A stretch of DNA of 64,000 bases, from positions 65,114,454-65,178,453 of the forward strand of contig NC_133619.1 in NCBI RefSeq assembly GCF_048593235.1. Direction: 5' to 3'. Positions 49,737 through 62,332 of this stretch are shown here, one piece after another. Position 1 is the stretch's first letter. The number at the start of each line of letters is the position of its first letter. Source of the stretch: Sminthopsis crassicaudata. Taxonomy: Eukaryota. The position numbers and the translations under genes were made by a program. Under the pieces are notes generated by a model, which saw only the letters and a list, made by a program, of their open reading frames with translations, did no database searches and had not been told where the DNA came from.

Positions 49737-51899
49737 ATCAGCAAACAGTAAGCAAAGTAAGATCTTGTTTTCATTGTATCTTTTAGTCAATCATGTTATA
49801 GTAAAGATGTGATCTATTTTTTAATATTGTTTGTGAAAGTCAGCCCAAGAAGGAATTTTCATACTTTTGGCAAAGATTTCCTAGATTCTTATCTTGATTA
49901 TTTTTCTGAAGTTTTTATAGAGGTACAAAACTAAGCATACAGACCAGTAGTTATTTTAATGATCTTTTTGTTAGTATTTACAAAATATATAACAAACTCA
50001 CTGCTAATAAAATATAATAAATTAACATAAATAATAAGTAATAGTCATGATTTATTTCAGCATTTCAAAACTTTCTCTATTTCAGCTATCTTGAGAACTA
50101 TTGTTTCAATGGCTTCAAAATGTCTGGTTACTGTTTATAGAATGTACCTATTTTATGTTTTTCTAGTTGTTCTTTTACTTACTCACAAAGCATAGCAGGG
50201 TATTTACAGCCCAAATGTGATGGACTCATTAATGGAGAAAAGTGTTTGTTATAGAAGTCTTAAAAGAACTTTCCTATTTTTCATTTATTAAGCCACTATA
50301 GCTCATGATGTTCTAAAATTCTCCTGGATAAGGTCTTACAATCAAACTACATAATCGAAACTAATGTCTTCTTTGAATGTCATCTCCAACATGATGAGAA
50401 AATATACTAGCTAAGGCAATTTCTAGACTTTTATTTCCACCCATCAATCAATCAATTTTAAAAACCTATTTAGCATGTATTCTGTGCCAAATTTCTGTCC
50501 TAGATGCCGAAGATCAGTTTAATTTTTTTTTCAAAATAGTAATAGTCTGTGTGCATGTCTATTCTTCATCTATTCCATCTGCCTTTTTTTTGTCAACAAC
50601 TTGTTTAGATAGATTAATTTGGACTTGACTCAATTGGGTAACATCTTCTCATTGTTATTCTGTCATTTAATTTGGTGTTGATTTTTATCTTTGTTCTAGA
50701 AAGTTGATAATTAGCTCAAAAGTGACTCCCAAATCAGGAATCAGAAATGTCTTGATTTTTATAATGTAAACAATTTCTTTTTGTGTGTGATATTATTCAA
50801 TGATTCCATGACTTCTCTTCTTGAAGAAAGTATTCATGTTTGATAGGTGTGAAGCTTCTGTAAAATCTATAAGCCTTTGCCCTCTTTCATTTCTTATTCC
50901 TGAAACATGTTTTCCATTTTTTTCCTACTCTCAACCCATATGCTCACATTTTTATTGAAGTGAGAGTGTGAAAGTACATATAGTTCTTTAAACTGGAAAG
51001 TATTATTGATCTCTTCATATAATTTCACTACCTCCTCATTCTCTGCAACAGATGCTCATATATAAGCTGCAATTAACTTCATGAGGGCCTTTTTGTAAAT
51101 GCTTTTCATGAGCACTACAATATGAAATGGCTAAGTGTCCTATGAAATAATGCTTCTATTGCTTTTGGATAGAAGAGAAAATTAATTTTGAAAATGCATT
51201 ATTTTACTTCTCTTAAAAAAAATTTTTCAAGGCATCCCATCATTTAACAGCAACTCCCATTTTTAAAAAACTTACTTTGAACCCAAAATATTACTAAAGA
51301 GACCCTTCACCTGATTTATTACCTCTTCATAATTCCCTCTTAACCCTGACGTTATCAGACTGTCTGACCCAGCTTGCAATCCCATAGCTACTTGCACATT
51401 TAAAAGTGATCACTATGCTACATGTTCCTGGATTAATACCTCACCTTCTCCATGGTTAATTTAACAAAGACTGTCATCTAACCCCATGAAATTCCATTAT
51501 TGCCTTCCTTCACAAATTTCCACACACTTTCGATCTCACTTGGTTATACTTCAATGACTCCATGATCTTGTCAAAATGACTCCTTCATTCAATGGTGATA
51601 TTTCCATATCTTTTCATTTTGTCATTATTATCCTTGTCTTTAATAGATCTCATACAAATAATTAAAACCACATGTTATATGCCTCTCTCTTTTATTAAAT
51701 ATTTCATGTAAAGCAATAAAATACTGCCCATTTTATATCTCTTTCTTTAACTCATCTCTTTTTCAAGACATGCATGTTTTTGATATTTCATGTACTAGAT
51801 AATTAATAGCAAAACTTTTCTCTTTATTGCCATTTCATCACCTGTAATTTTTATTTTCTAGGAGTATAATGTTTCATGATTCAAATATGTATAATTGAA

Positions 51900-52620
51900 A
51901 GACTATTGATGGACTTTTGATTATCTAACAAAAAAATTGTCTTCTTGGATATGAACAAAAATTTCATAAGAATCAGAAAATATTAGCAATCCTCTGAAAA
52001 GTTATCTAAAAATCATTGATAATAATGGACATGAAAATTAAAACAACTCTGAAATATCACTTCAAGTGATCAAAAATTAGGAAAATATGAAAAAATTAAA
52101 TATTGGAAGCATATAGGAAGACAAGCATATGGATTTCCTGATAATAAATATGTAAATTGTTCCAATTCTTCTAGAAAACAATTGGGAATTACAAAAGAAA
52201 GGTTAATAAATTTTTGTACATTTCGATCCATAAATTTCTTTACTGGATTTGTACTGCAAAGTGCTCGATGATAGACACAAAAATAATAATGATAAATAAT
52301 AGCTATATAGTATCCAAAGTTTGCAATGTTTTTATCTCATTTGATCCTCACAATAACCCTGTGAAGTAGGACTACAGATATTATTATTCTTGTTTTACAT
52401 ATTGATGCTCAAGAAATTAATTGACATATCCATGCTCAATGCTGTTGAATGCTAGCAGGATACAATTTATGTTTTGCTGTTTCCATATCAAGCATTTACC
52501 ACGCTGAATTTGACCTCTCCAAAGGATCAGAAACAATTCATAGTAGCATTTTATGGAAATAAAAAGATGAAAGTAAAATATTAGCCAAAGATTTTAAGAT
52601 GATTGAACTAGCTGTTTATA
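51900..52620 (+). mobile_element. Very old L1 ORF2 C-terminal fragment interrupted by a MIR (-, 52290-52500)
   Basis: KSLIIMDMKIKTTLKYH resembles L1 SLIIREMQIKTTLRYH. Confidence 0.7.
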
Positions 52621-53399
52621 TATGTTTATGTGTATGTAGTATATACATATATGTGTGTGTATTTTACATATAATTAAAGATCTGTATCTATATATATACA
52701 TATGCATATATATATATATTTATGCATAATATCTCAGTCACTGTGACTCAGAAAAGAGACCCCACATTTATGCTTTATCACATTCACCTTTATTATTCTG
52801 AAATGGCTCTTTAATTCTAACTTTCTTTTTTGGGGGGTAAAAGGCTAATCTTCAGTCTTCATACATTATGGATCATATATAGAGAGAGAGACAGAGAAAA
52901 GACATAATTTTTTTATCCTCAGATGGCTTTTAGGTGTAATGGAGAACTGTTGGATAAGCATCCACTTCTGGGAGCACTCATATTTGGCGATCCTAATTCT
53001 GGCAGAGTAAAATAATATGGAATAAAGAACCCAGTTGTCCAGAGTATAAGCAGATTCTAAAATAATTTCCTTTCTACTTACTATGTGGTAAGGATATGCC
53101 TTTTGTTTTGGCTGTTTAATTGACAAAAGCAATCTCTTTTCTTAGCATCATCTCGATGAAATAGTGTTAGCCTACAGGTAGAGAGAAAAGCCTTGAGTCT
53201 TTACCCTCCTATACAGACTGTTTAAGTACATAACTTCTATTTCTTCTGTTTCTGTAGTGCTATTATTTTGGCCTCTTAGGTAAAGATGTAGGCGAAATGG
53301 GACAGACTAGGATACATCTTTGTAAGAGTCAAAATATTGTAATTTCCATTGGAGGTCCAGGAACTGGAATCCATATCCAAATCTGTCAATATAGCTCTG

Positions 53400-53965
53400 A
53401 GGCACACCATATTTAAACTCAAGGTAGCTTCTGATCAACCCAATAACTTCGTTCATGTACTCCATCAAGAGACCAACTCATCCAGGGGGTATGTGGTACA
53501 TTCAGAAATACATTTTGTGGAATGAAGTAAACAGTTTTTTTGAGCCCACTCTCTGGATGTATTTGTACTTTTATTCTTGCTACACTCTTGCCCACGAGAT
53601 TGTTTTATGGAAAACTCACACAGAGCAAGCATTCTTGTAGTGGTCAGAAAAAGTGATACAAGGACTCTCTCAAGGTCTCTCTTAAGAACTTTAGAATTAA
53701 TTGCATACCATGGGAGACGCTGGACCAAGACCTCCCTGCGTGGTCCAAATCAAAGAAGATGCAGTTCTATGAGTAAAGCAGAATTGAAATGGCTCAAAAG
53801 AAACATGAGACGTGGAGTTAGAGAAGCCACCCCAAATGTTCGTGTGAACAATGATCCATGCTAGAGCATTCTGAGCTTTCACTATTCTGATCAGCCAATC
53901 GGATACACTGTAACTTCCCTCTAATATAATGGTACCACTTTGGTCCTCTCCAAAAACAAAGAATA
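53400..53965 (+). mobile_element. RTE (BovB-related) LINE 3' end
   Basis: Frameshifted LFYGKL...GQKK..KDSLKVSLKNF...WETLDQD peptide, and 3' UTR CTGATCAGCCAATCGGATACACTG...TTGGTCCTCT. Confidence 0.85.
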
Positions 53966-54149
53966 ATAATCTACCAATCTTTACAGTAAATAAATCTTTG
54001 TAAAGTAATTGAATAGTAACTTATTTTATGATATTGAATTTTATTAATTCATTGATTGAATATTACAAATTTCATATATGAATATGAAATTATGATATGA
54101 ACTATTATGATATTTATGATATCAAAGGTACAAGGGAAACAGTAATTAA

Positions 54150-55000
54150 TTAGTGGTTAATATTGAGGGAAATACAAACTGGAATGGGAGCCCAAGTTGA
54201 TAACATTAAAAAGATACATCCAATACTTTAGGGTACTCCTAGAATCCTCACAGGGAGATATAACTAGATATGTTCTGGGGACTTGTCAGCATTATTTAGA
54301 GTGAGAGTTGGCAGTCGTAAACAAATATCTTAAATGATTAGAGATAAGGTTACAATGTTAGGACATAAGTAAGTCACTGAGGGACAACTTCACAAAGAAA
54401 TCCTGTAGTTTAAAGTTGGCTATTTGGTTATGATTTGGGGTTGTTCCAGGACTATGGGGAAGCAGCTAGCTTAAACAAAAACCGAGATAATGGACAATAA
54501 AACAGATAGAATAGGTAGGGCAGATTTAATGAAAAGTAGTAAGAAGGCAGAATTAAAAAGGGATCTAAATGAAATATAACTTGAGGGGACCCCATTGACT
54601 CTGAACTTCAGAAAAAGTAAGGAGCTCAAGGCAGGTTTGGCCAAGAACCATTATAATTGTCAAAGGACTGGTCCATAAGAGGTTTGTAGAAAGATAAAAA
54701 GATCTCAGACAATTCAGTCTGAAGAAGAGAAGGCTGGGAGAGAAAGGGAGGGACTAAATAAGTCCTTCAGACTTTTGGTTTGTTTTAAGGGGTTTTCTAT
54801 AAAGGAAGGTGACCGATGGACTGATTTTCAGCTCCATGGAAGGCTATTGCTATCAACTGAAGCTGCATTGGGCAAATGTATAGTAGGGAGAAACACAAAG
54901 AGTAATTTTTGAAAGATATTTAGCAGAACAAGAGGCACAAATATCTTCTCACGAGATTTGAAAATTTGTTTCGAATAATCACAGAAGGGACCTTAGTCTA
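54150..55000 (+). mobile_element. Possible degenerate ERV gag remnant
   Basis: Purine-rich; LAKNHYNCQRTGP*EVCRK (~54637-54695) resembles a decayed CCHC zinc knuckle. No flanking LTR seen. Confidence 0.3.
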
Positions 55001-55037
55001 GAATTAAAGCCAGAACAAAGGAAAAGATAATACCCTA

Positions 55038-55084
<47 letters not shown>

Positions 55085-55661
55085 CACACACACACACACA
55101 TATCTTTTCCAGTTTAAGGAACGATTCACTCAAAAAGGTGGTTCGTTGCTCTAAGTATATATGCCTTTTTGGACTAACCAGTCTCTGCCTGAGAGATAGT
55201 GAACAGGTCTAGATCTAAAAAAATTACTAAGTGATACAAATTTATATTTATTCTTCCTCCTCCTTCCTTTTTTTTTTTTTTTTTTTTACCATTTCTTTCC
55301 ACCTCAGCTGTCTATTACATATGAAGGTATAGGTCAGCAGAGGTGGAAGGAATGGACAGAAAACACAAAATAAGATGAAAATATCTAATAAAAATAGTAT
55401 GGACTTCCTCTCAATAGAGAGATGTTGGAGCACAGAGTGTATGTTGTCATGTTGGTTGGATTTATTCAACTGTTTTTCCTCATTATAAGGGAGAGTTTGA
55501 TGGCTAGAAATGTACAAAAGGTAGTTGTGGTATAAAAGCAAAAGCCATCAACAAAACTTTAACATGTAAAATGTATATTTAATTTAATATAGAATTTGTA
55601 ATTATGTACAATATGATATAACTTAATATAATATATGGTAAATTTACATATGTGAATATAG

Positions 55662-55769
55662 TCACATACCCTTTCCCTATATAAAATAGATACATTATAA
55701 TGATATATATATATAGATATATATATATCATTATAATGTATCTATTTTATATAGGGAAAGGGTATGTGA
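55662..55769. repeat. 108-bp palindrome: 53-bp perfect arms around a 2-nt centre
   Basis: 55662-55714 is the exact reverse complement of 55717-55769 (checked base by base). Confidence 0.97.
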
Positions 55770-55802
55770 ATATATATAAATATAGATATCATTATATAAT
55801 AC

Positions 55803-55847
<45 letters not shown>

Positions 55848-56706
55848 AAGCCTTGGGATTTTCCCCATCCTATTACAGCCACAGAGATAGGAACCCTAGT
55901 AGAGATATCTCTATATAGATTCCCTCTCACTCTCTCTCTTTCTCTCTCTCTGTCTCTGTTTCTCTGTATGAAAGTCTCTCTGTGTGCCTCTATTTCTCTC
56001 TCTGCATATATATATATATATGTTTATAAATATATAATGCTACATAAGAATAAATTGAATATATAAGGATATATGAATATAAAATTAAGTTTCAGGTTAA
56101 ACATTTCCCAGTTTGTTTCTTTTGAATCAAAAGACAAATAAATGCTAAATGGAAAAATTCAAATAAATTTTAATTACTAAGAAAAAAATAATTTTAAAAA
56201 GACTATTTTAAGACTCTTCTGGAAAGATATAATCCAAAAGCTGAAAAAGACCTTTAAGTTTGCTCAGTTCAATTTCCTTCCCAAAAATAAGGCTCTTTTC
56301 TACAACATCCCTAAGAAGTAATGATCTAAACCCTATTTGATAATATATCGTGATGTGGAGCTCCCTATGTGACAGAATGGCTCATTTCATTTTCAGAGAA
56401 TTCCTATCTCTAAGAAGGAAGCACTCCCCCTCCAAAAATATTTTTATCTTTAAAGAGATCACAGAGGAAAAAAAAAAAGAAAACATCTAACCAGGGATGT
56501 GAATCACTCATGACAGAAGTTAAGGCAGCAGAGGGGAAAAAGCTTTAAACTGTGGTCTAGTCAGACAGTCCTTAAATTAAACTAGGCAGGAGCTATCTGA
56601 GCATCCTTCTGTAATGCCAGGGAAATTGGGGCTGGTTCTTGAAGAATTCAAGGAGGCAAAAAATGCCTTGAAAAGCTGTTTAAGTTCTGTCACAATCTGA
56701 GATTAT

Positions 56707-57690
56707 TTGTGTGTGTATATGTCTGTGTCTGTGTGTGCCTATGTGTCTGTGTGTATGTCTTCTGTGTGTATGCATGTGTCTATAGGTTTATGGGTATGTG
56801 GGTGTGTGTCTGTGTGTGTCTGTATATGTGTCTGTGTGTCTATGGGTGTCTGTGTGTCTGTATATGTGTTTGTGAGTGTGTGGGTGTGTTTTTGTGCCTG
56901 TATGTGTTTGTATGTGTGTCTGTACATGTGTCTATATGTGTCTGTATGTCTGTGTGTGCCTTTATGTGTCTGTATGTGTGTCTGTGAGTGTGTGGGTATG
57001 TCTATGTGCTTGTACATGTGCCTGTATGTGTCTGTATGTGTGTCTGTGGGTGTGTGGCTGTGTCTGTGTGTGTCTGTGTTCTGTGGATGTCTGTGTGTCT
57101 GTACATGTGTCTGTGTGTCTGTGGGTGTCTGTGTGTCTGTATATGTGTTTGTGGGTGTGTGGGTGTGTCTTTGTGCCTGTACATGTGCCTGTATGTGTCT
57201 GTATGTGTGTCTGTACATGTGTCTATATGTGTCTGTATGTCTGTGTGTGCCTTTATGTGTCTGTATGTGTGTCTGTGAGTGTGTGGGCATGTCTATGTGC
57301 TTGTACATGTGCCTGTATGTGTTTGTATGTGTGTCTGTACATGTGTCTATATGTGTCTGTATGTCTGTGTGTGCCTTTATGTGTCTGTATGTGTGTCTGT
57401 GAGTGTGTGGATATGTCTATGTGCTTGTACATGTGCCTGTATGTGTCTGTATGTGTGTCTGTACATGTGTCTATATGTGTCTGTATGTCTGTGTGTGCCT
57501 TTATGTGTCTGTATGTGTGTCTGTGAGTGTGTGGATATGTCTATGTGCTTGTACATGTGCCTGTATGTGTCTGTATGTGTGTCTGTGGGTGTGTGGATGT
57601 GTCTGTGTGTGTCTGTGTTCTGTGGATGTCTGTGTGTCTGTACATGTATCTGTGTGTCTGTGGGTGTCTGTGTGCCTGTATGTGTATCTG
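56707..57690. repeat. TG-rich complex array with 124-bp higher-order unit
   Basis: Marker GCCTTTATG at 56958, 57249, 57373 and 57497 (spacings 291, 124, 124). Confidence 0.95.
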
Positions 57691-57699
57691 TGCATGTTC

Positions 57700-57940
57700 A
57701 CCCCTTACCTTGCCTTAATCACTCAGTGGTTGTTGCCTGAGTCAAACTGAGACCTGGGGAAGATTCGGCTCCCAAAGGTTGAGGAGCCACTGCATATGGG
57801 CCATCTCCGGGCACCCTGACCTACCTCTTGCCGCTCTGGAGGAGAAAGGGAGCAGATGAGCTTGCACAGCCCTCCCACACTTGGACACAGATCACTTGCC
57901 AATTATGGTATCTCCTTCCCTATGTCCTGGTCCTCTCTCT
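57700..57940 (+). mobile_element. WALLSI-like SINE with RTE-type tail, unusually CpG-containing
   Basis: GTTGCCTGAGTCAAACTGAGACCTGGG...GCTCTGGAGGAGAAAG...CTTGCACAGCCCTCCC. Confidence 0.8.
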
Positions 57941-58860
57941 TTGTCTGCGCATTGTGTTGACGGATGTGGGATGTGTGTGCTTAGCATGTGTGCACCATGT
58001 CTATCTCCATGTGGTGTCATATGTATATGTACATTGGGGAAAAACCCTAGGATTTCCTCCCATCCATCCACTTAGGGCTCCAAAGGGAGGCTGCGGGCTG
58101 TTTCCTCATCTGCTTTTACAGTAGAGGGTGTTGCTTAGATTTCCTGAAGCTTCTCCCCATCCCCGCCCCCCATCTTTCCTTTTTTTTTTTATGTTCCTGG
58201 CCACTCCCAGATCCCGGGGTAGAAGCCCAAGCTGTGTGCCCCTCATTGCCGAAACCTCCGATTTGGGCCCACAATAGCTTAATTGCCGTTTAAGAGAACT
58301 GGTGTGAGTGACCTTTAACAGCTGGAGCGTCCCTGGGTCCTTCATTTGTCACACTAACATCCGGAAAGAAAAAAGAGAGACTTCCTTTGTTAATGGGAAA
58401 TTCTTCTCACAGCAATTAGCCTGGGATGGAGGAACCCGGCCGGGGCTTTCTGCTACACTCACAGGAGACACAAGTGATTCTTGTGCTTTTTCTTTGCTTT
58501 GGGGTTGGGAGGAGGGGACAGGAAAGGAGGGAGAGGGAATTGTCAATGGGCAAATGTAATTTAAGACCATTCAACCTTAAGTCCCATGCACCCCGACCCA
58601 ATGTATCTATGTATACATGTGGAGATAGAAAGGCCTTTAGGGTTCATAGTCCCATAAAAGTGCTTCCATTTTGCTAAGAATTCAAAGTATCTTGCAGAAA
58701 TCTCTTGCCACCCAATTCTTGCTTCCAAATGCCTGGCAGGGAGTAGAGATTATTCTTGGAGCTGCTGTATAGATCAGAGAGGATGGTAGAGACAGAATAA
58801 ACAAACTAGACAAGGCCAGGATCAGGGCAATGCGCATGGGATCCCTGGGGGGCCACAGAA
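57760..58860. promoter_or_regulatory. Weak CpG island / candidate promoter
   Basis: About 17 CpGs in 1.1 kb (counted by eye), far above the rest of the window. GC box CCCCGCCCCC at 58161-58170, G4-like tract at 58501-58537, and GTGAGT donors on both strands (58304 on +, 58462 on -). Confidence 0.5.
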
Positions 58861-58904
58861 TGAAGATCTGGAAAGGAAGGTTAATCAAAGTTCACTCTGT
58901 CATT

Positions 58905-59535
58905 CAGCCATCCTTCCTCCTTTCCTTTCCTTGAACATCACAATTCTCCTTCTATTGATGTCTCTTGTTTTTCTTTCTTTGTCCTTTTCTCCTTTCTTCC
59001 TTTCATCTTCTTTCTCTTCTTTTCCTCAACTTTCATCTCTCTTTCTTCCTTCTTTCTTCTCTTTTTCTTTATTGAAACTCCCTTTCTTTACTCTCATCTT
59101 CCCTTCTTCTTTCTCCTTCATTCACATTTCTCTTCTCTGTGTCTCTGTCTTTCTCTGCCTCTCTGTCTCTATTTGTCTTGTCTCCCTGTTTCGCTTTCTC
59201 TGTCTCTGTCTCTGACACTGTCTCTTTTTGTCTGTGTCTCTCTCTGTCTCTGTCTCTCTGTCTGTCTCTGGTCTCTCTGTCTGCCTGTCTCTCTCTCTGT
59301 CTCTGTCTCGGACTCTCTGATTCTCACTGTTTCTGTCTCTGACACTGTCTCTTTTTGTCTGTGCCTCTCTCTATCTCTGTCTCTCTGCCTGTCTCTGTCT
59401 CTGTTTTGGATTCTCTGATTCTCTCTGTCTCTGTCTCTCTCTCTCTCTGTGTGTCTGTCTCTCTCCATTTTCTCTCTCCTCCTCTTTCTCTCTATATGTC
59501 CCTCTCTTTCTTTTCTCTTTTCCCTCTCTCTGTAA
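58905..59535. repeat. Polypyrimidine (TC/TGTCTC) tract with internal duplication
   Basis: TCTGACACTGTCTCTTTTTGTCTGTG recurs at 59211 and 59338. Confidence 0.95.
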
Positions 59536-60110
59536 CCTTCCCATCATCACCACATAGCACAAATATTTTGCTCCCCACCATAGAGAGCTTGCTAGAGTAT
59601 CAAATAATTTCATTTCCAAATTCAAATCAACATGAGCCCTTATGTCAGGGGAAAATTTTCCTTCCAAAGGTGAGAAAAAGGCAAGACCAAAGGGGCACAA
59701 TGTTCTTGAAAGAAAATCAATTGTACTTTTAAATAAATTTAGAGAATTGAGTCACAGGAAAGTCTCCATGAGAATAATGCCCCTCCCTGTAGTTATGCCT
59801 GGCAAAGCAGTAGAATGAAATGAGGATGTCACTAGTTTGACCTAGAGGGTAGGGATCTCATCCTATCCATTTTTTTTATTCCTTTCCCACTCCTCAATAC
59901 ATACATAGATACATATACATACATACATACATACATATACATTATTTATGCATATGTGTAGAACTGGGCCTTAAAGAATTTTCATTGAATTAAGAGTTAG
60001 GGGAAACCTTTATCCTAGTTCCAGGTCTGTCACAAACAAGCTTTGACCCACAAGACAATTCTCCTCTTTGGTCCTTCAGTTTCAATATCCTTAAAAATGT
60101 GGATGTTAAT

Positions 60111-60229
60111 CTGGGGGAGGGGGTGAGGGAAGGGGAGAAATTGGAACACAGATTCTGCAAAAGTTAATGTTGAAGAATTATCCTTGCATATGTTTTGAAA
60201 AATAAAAAGCTTTAATAAAGAAAAAAAAA
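60111..60229 (+). mobile_element. L1 3' tail
   Basis: G-rich tract, TTGGAACACAG, CTTGCATATGTTTTGAAAAATAAAAAGC and poly-A. Confidence 0.85.
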
Positions 60230-60254
60230 TGGGAAAAAAGATAGAGGTTAGCTT

Positions 60255-60595
60255 AATCAGGAGATCTTAACCTAGTGTCCACAAACTTGAATGGAAACAA
60301 AGTCCATCTTTATTTTCCATAAAATTTAGCTTTTTCTTTCTGCATAAATGGTCAAAGTCAAAATTATTTAACATTATTTTAAGAAGTTATCTAAAGAATT
60401 ATACATTTAATCTATATTGGACTACTTGCTGTATAGGGGGGAGGGCAGGGAGGGAGAGAGGGAGAAAAATTTGGAACCCAAGGTTTTGCAAAGCTGAATG
60501 TTAAAAACTATCTTTGCATGTATTTTGAAAAATAAAATGGTATTATATAAAAACAGAATCTCTGTAGATTTAACCAAACTGACAAAGGAGTCCAT

Positions 60596-60600
<5 letters not shown>
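60255..60600 (+). mobile_element. Charlie/MER5C-like hAT remnant interrupted by a second L1 3' tail (60400-60545)
   Basis: GATCTTAACCTAGTGTCCAC...CATCTTTATTTTC...ATTATTTTAAGAAG [L1] CTCTGTAGATTTAACCAAACTGACAAAGGAGTCCAT. Confidence 0.65.
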
Positions 60601-60650
<50 letters not shown>

Positions 60651-62278
60651 ATTAAGAACCAGAAATTTCTAAATTCTCTCTTAGTTCTGCTATTCTTACA
60701 TTGTAAGACTAATTTCTTACAAGTCCTGGGCTAGTGCTTCTGAGTTAATTTGTACAGCTAGTTATTTTGATCTCTGACTTTTAGCATCTTTCTGTTTTCC
60801 CTTTAAGGTTCACATTCTTCTCTTGTGTAAGTCCCAGAAAGTAGCACTCCAAGGCAGGAAGGTTTCTATGCAACCAAGATTATTCAGAAATATGGTCAGT
60901 TGAATTTGCCTCTAAAGCCATGGACTGGCAGACAGGTTCCATATGAAGCCACAGGGTGCTCAACAAGGCAACCATGGGCCAAAACTATTCACTAATTAAA
61001 ACATTTTGCAGGATGAATTGAGTGCTAGAGAATGTTGACAGATTAGGGTAGTTACCAAAGCTCAATACCCAGAAAAGGTCCTGCCTTGGAGATTGATTTT
61101 CCAGTTTCTTCCCCATGCTACCCTTGTACCCTTCTTTAAACAGAGAGGAATGGATATTGCAGGGCAAACACTGTCTCCTCCCTAAGCCACCTGCTGCTAC
61201 TTAGCTCCCCTTCTCCAAGGGAGCAAAGGTCACAGCTCACCCAGAGCTTAAACTATTTTTGTTCCTTTTTTCCAGGCCCAGAATGATGGATGGACTCTGG
61301 AAAACCTATCAAGCTTGAGTCCGGTTGTCTAATCATTTCCACCAATGCCAGCCAGGTGCCTTTGGTCAAACTCCAAGGAGCCATTTGGCTGCTGGACCAT
61401 CTCTGTGGGCACCATGTTTACTTGGGCCATTTCCCCTTGCCAAAGAGAAACAGGTTAGAACTAGAGTTGAGCCTTGTTGATTATTTTGAATTGCCTTTGA
61501 ATCATGGTCTTATATGCTTCTCCAAGATGGAAGTGTCAACAAGGCCATGGACTCTCTTGAAAATACTCAATATTTTACTGGTCATTACTTAAGACTCTTC
61601 CTCTCTAGTTGTATATATGTCCAACCTTCTAGGGGGGCAGTGTCTGGCTACAAAAAATATGGAAAAGCTGACAAGGGTCTAGAGGAGAAGAACAGAAATG
61701 ACTGAAGTGCTGGAGAATGCAGTAAGTTTGGCTGGAATTGAGTCTGCATAATAATTTGGGGGAGGTGTGTGGTCAGGGAAGACTTCCAGATTCCTATTCT
61801 CTTTCTGGACTCCAGAGATTGTCTCACAGTTTTGTAGGGCTAAATCCTCAGATGTTAACTTATAAGAGGTTGAGCAGATAACAGAAAGAACTATCTTCAC
61901 CACCCAAATGAGTTCTACTTCTTTCCCCAGAAATATCTGTCCCTTTCTTCTCTAATTTTCCAAGTCCTACCCATTCCTCAAGACCAAATTCAAATGCCAA
62001 TCATTCTGTGAACCTTACTCAAATGACCCTATCACACAGGAATCTTCTCCTTTGAATTTCTGGTACTCACTATTCTACTGTTCAATTGGTATTTAATCAA
62101 GGATTGTCTTATGAAAGCCATTGTGTCCCATATTGTGTCTTATTGAGAGGCAACAGTGTAGAGGCTAGAGGGAGTCAGGGACTTATATGGAAAAACTGCT
62201 TCCAACACATGCTTTCTGGATCCCACACAGATCAGCACCTCAGGCTGCTCTTTTAGGCTACAAGTTGCTATTTTTCTT

Positions 62279-62329
<51 letters not shown>

Positions 62330-62332
<3 letters not shown>

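Noticed and set aside
55901-55912. 12-bp palindrome AGAGATATCTCT
   Set aside because: Short and in low-complexity context; expected by chance.
56707-57750. Long Cys/Val/Met-rich and His/Thr-rich ORFs (up to 231 aa)
   Set aside because: These are stop-free translations of a TG/CA repeat, open in several frames at once.
58931-59732. Ser/Leu-rich and Arg/Glu-rich ORFs
   Set aside because: These are translations of the TC/GA tract.
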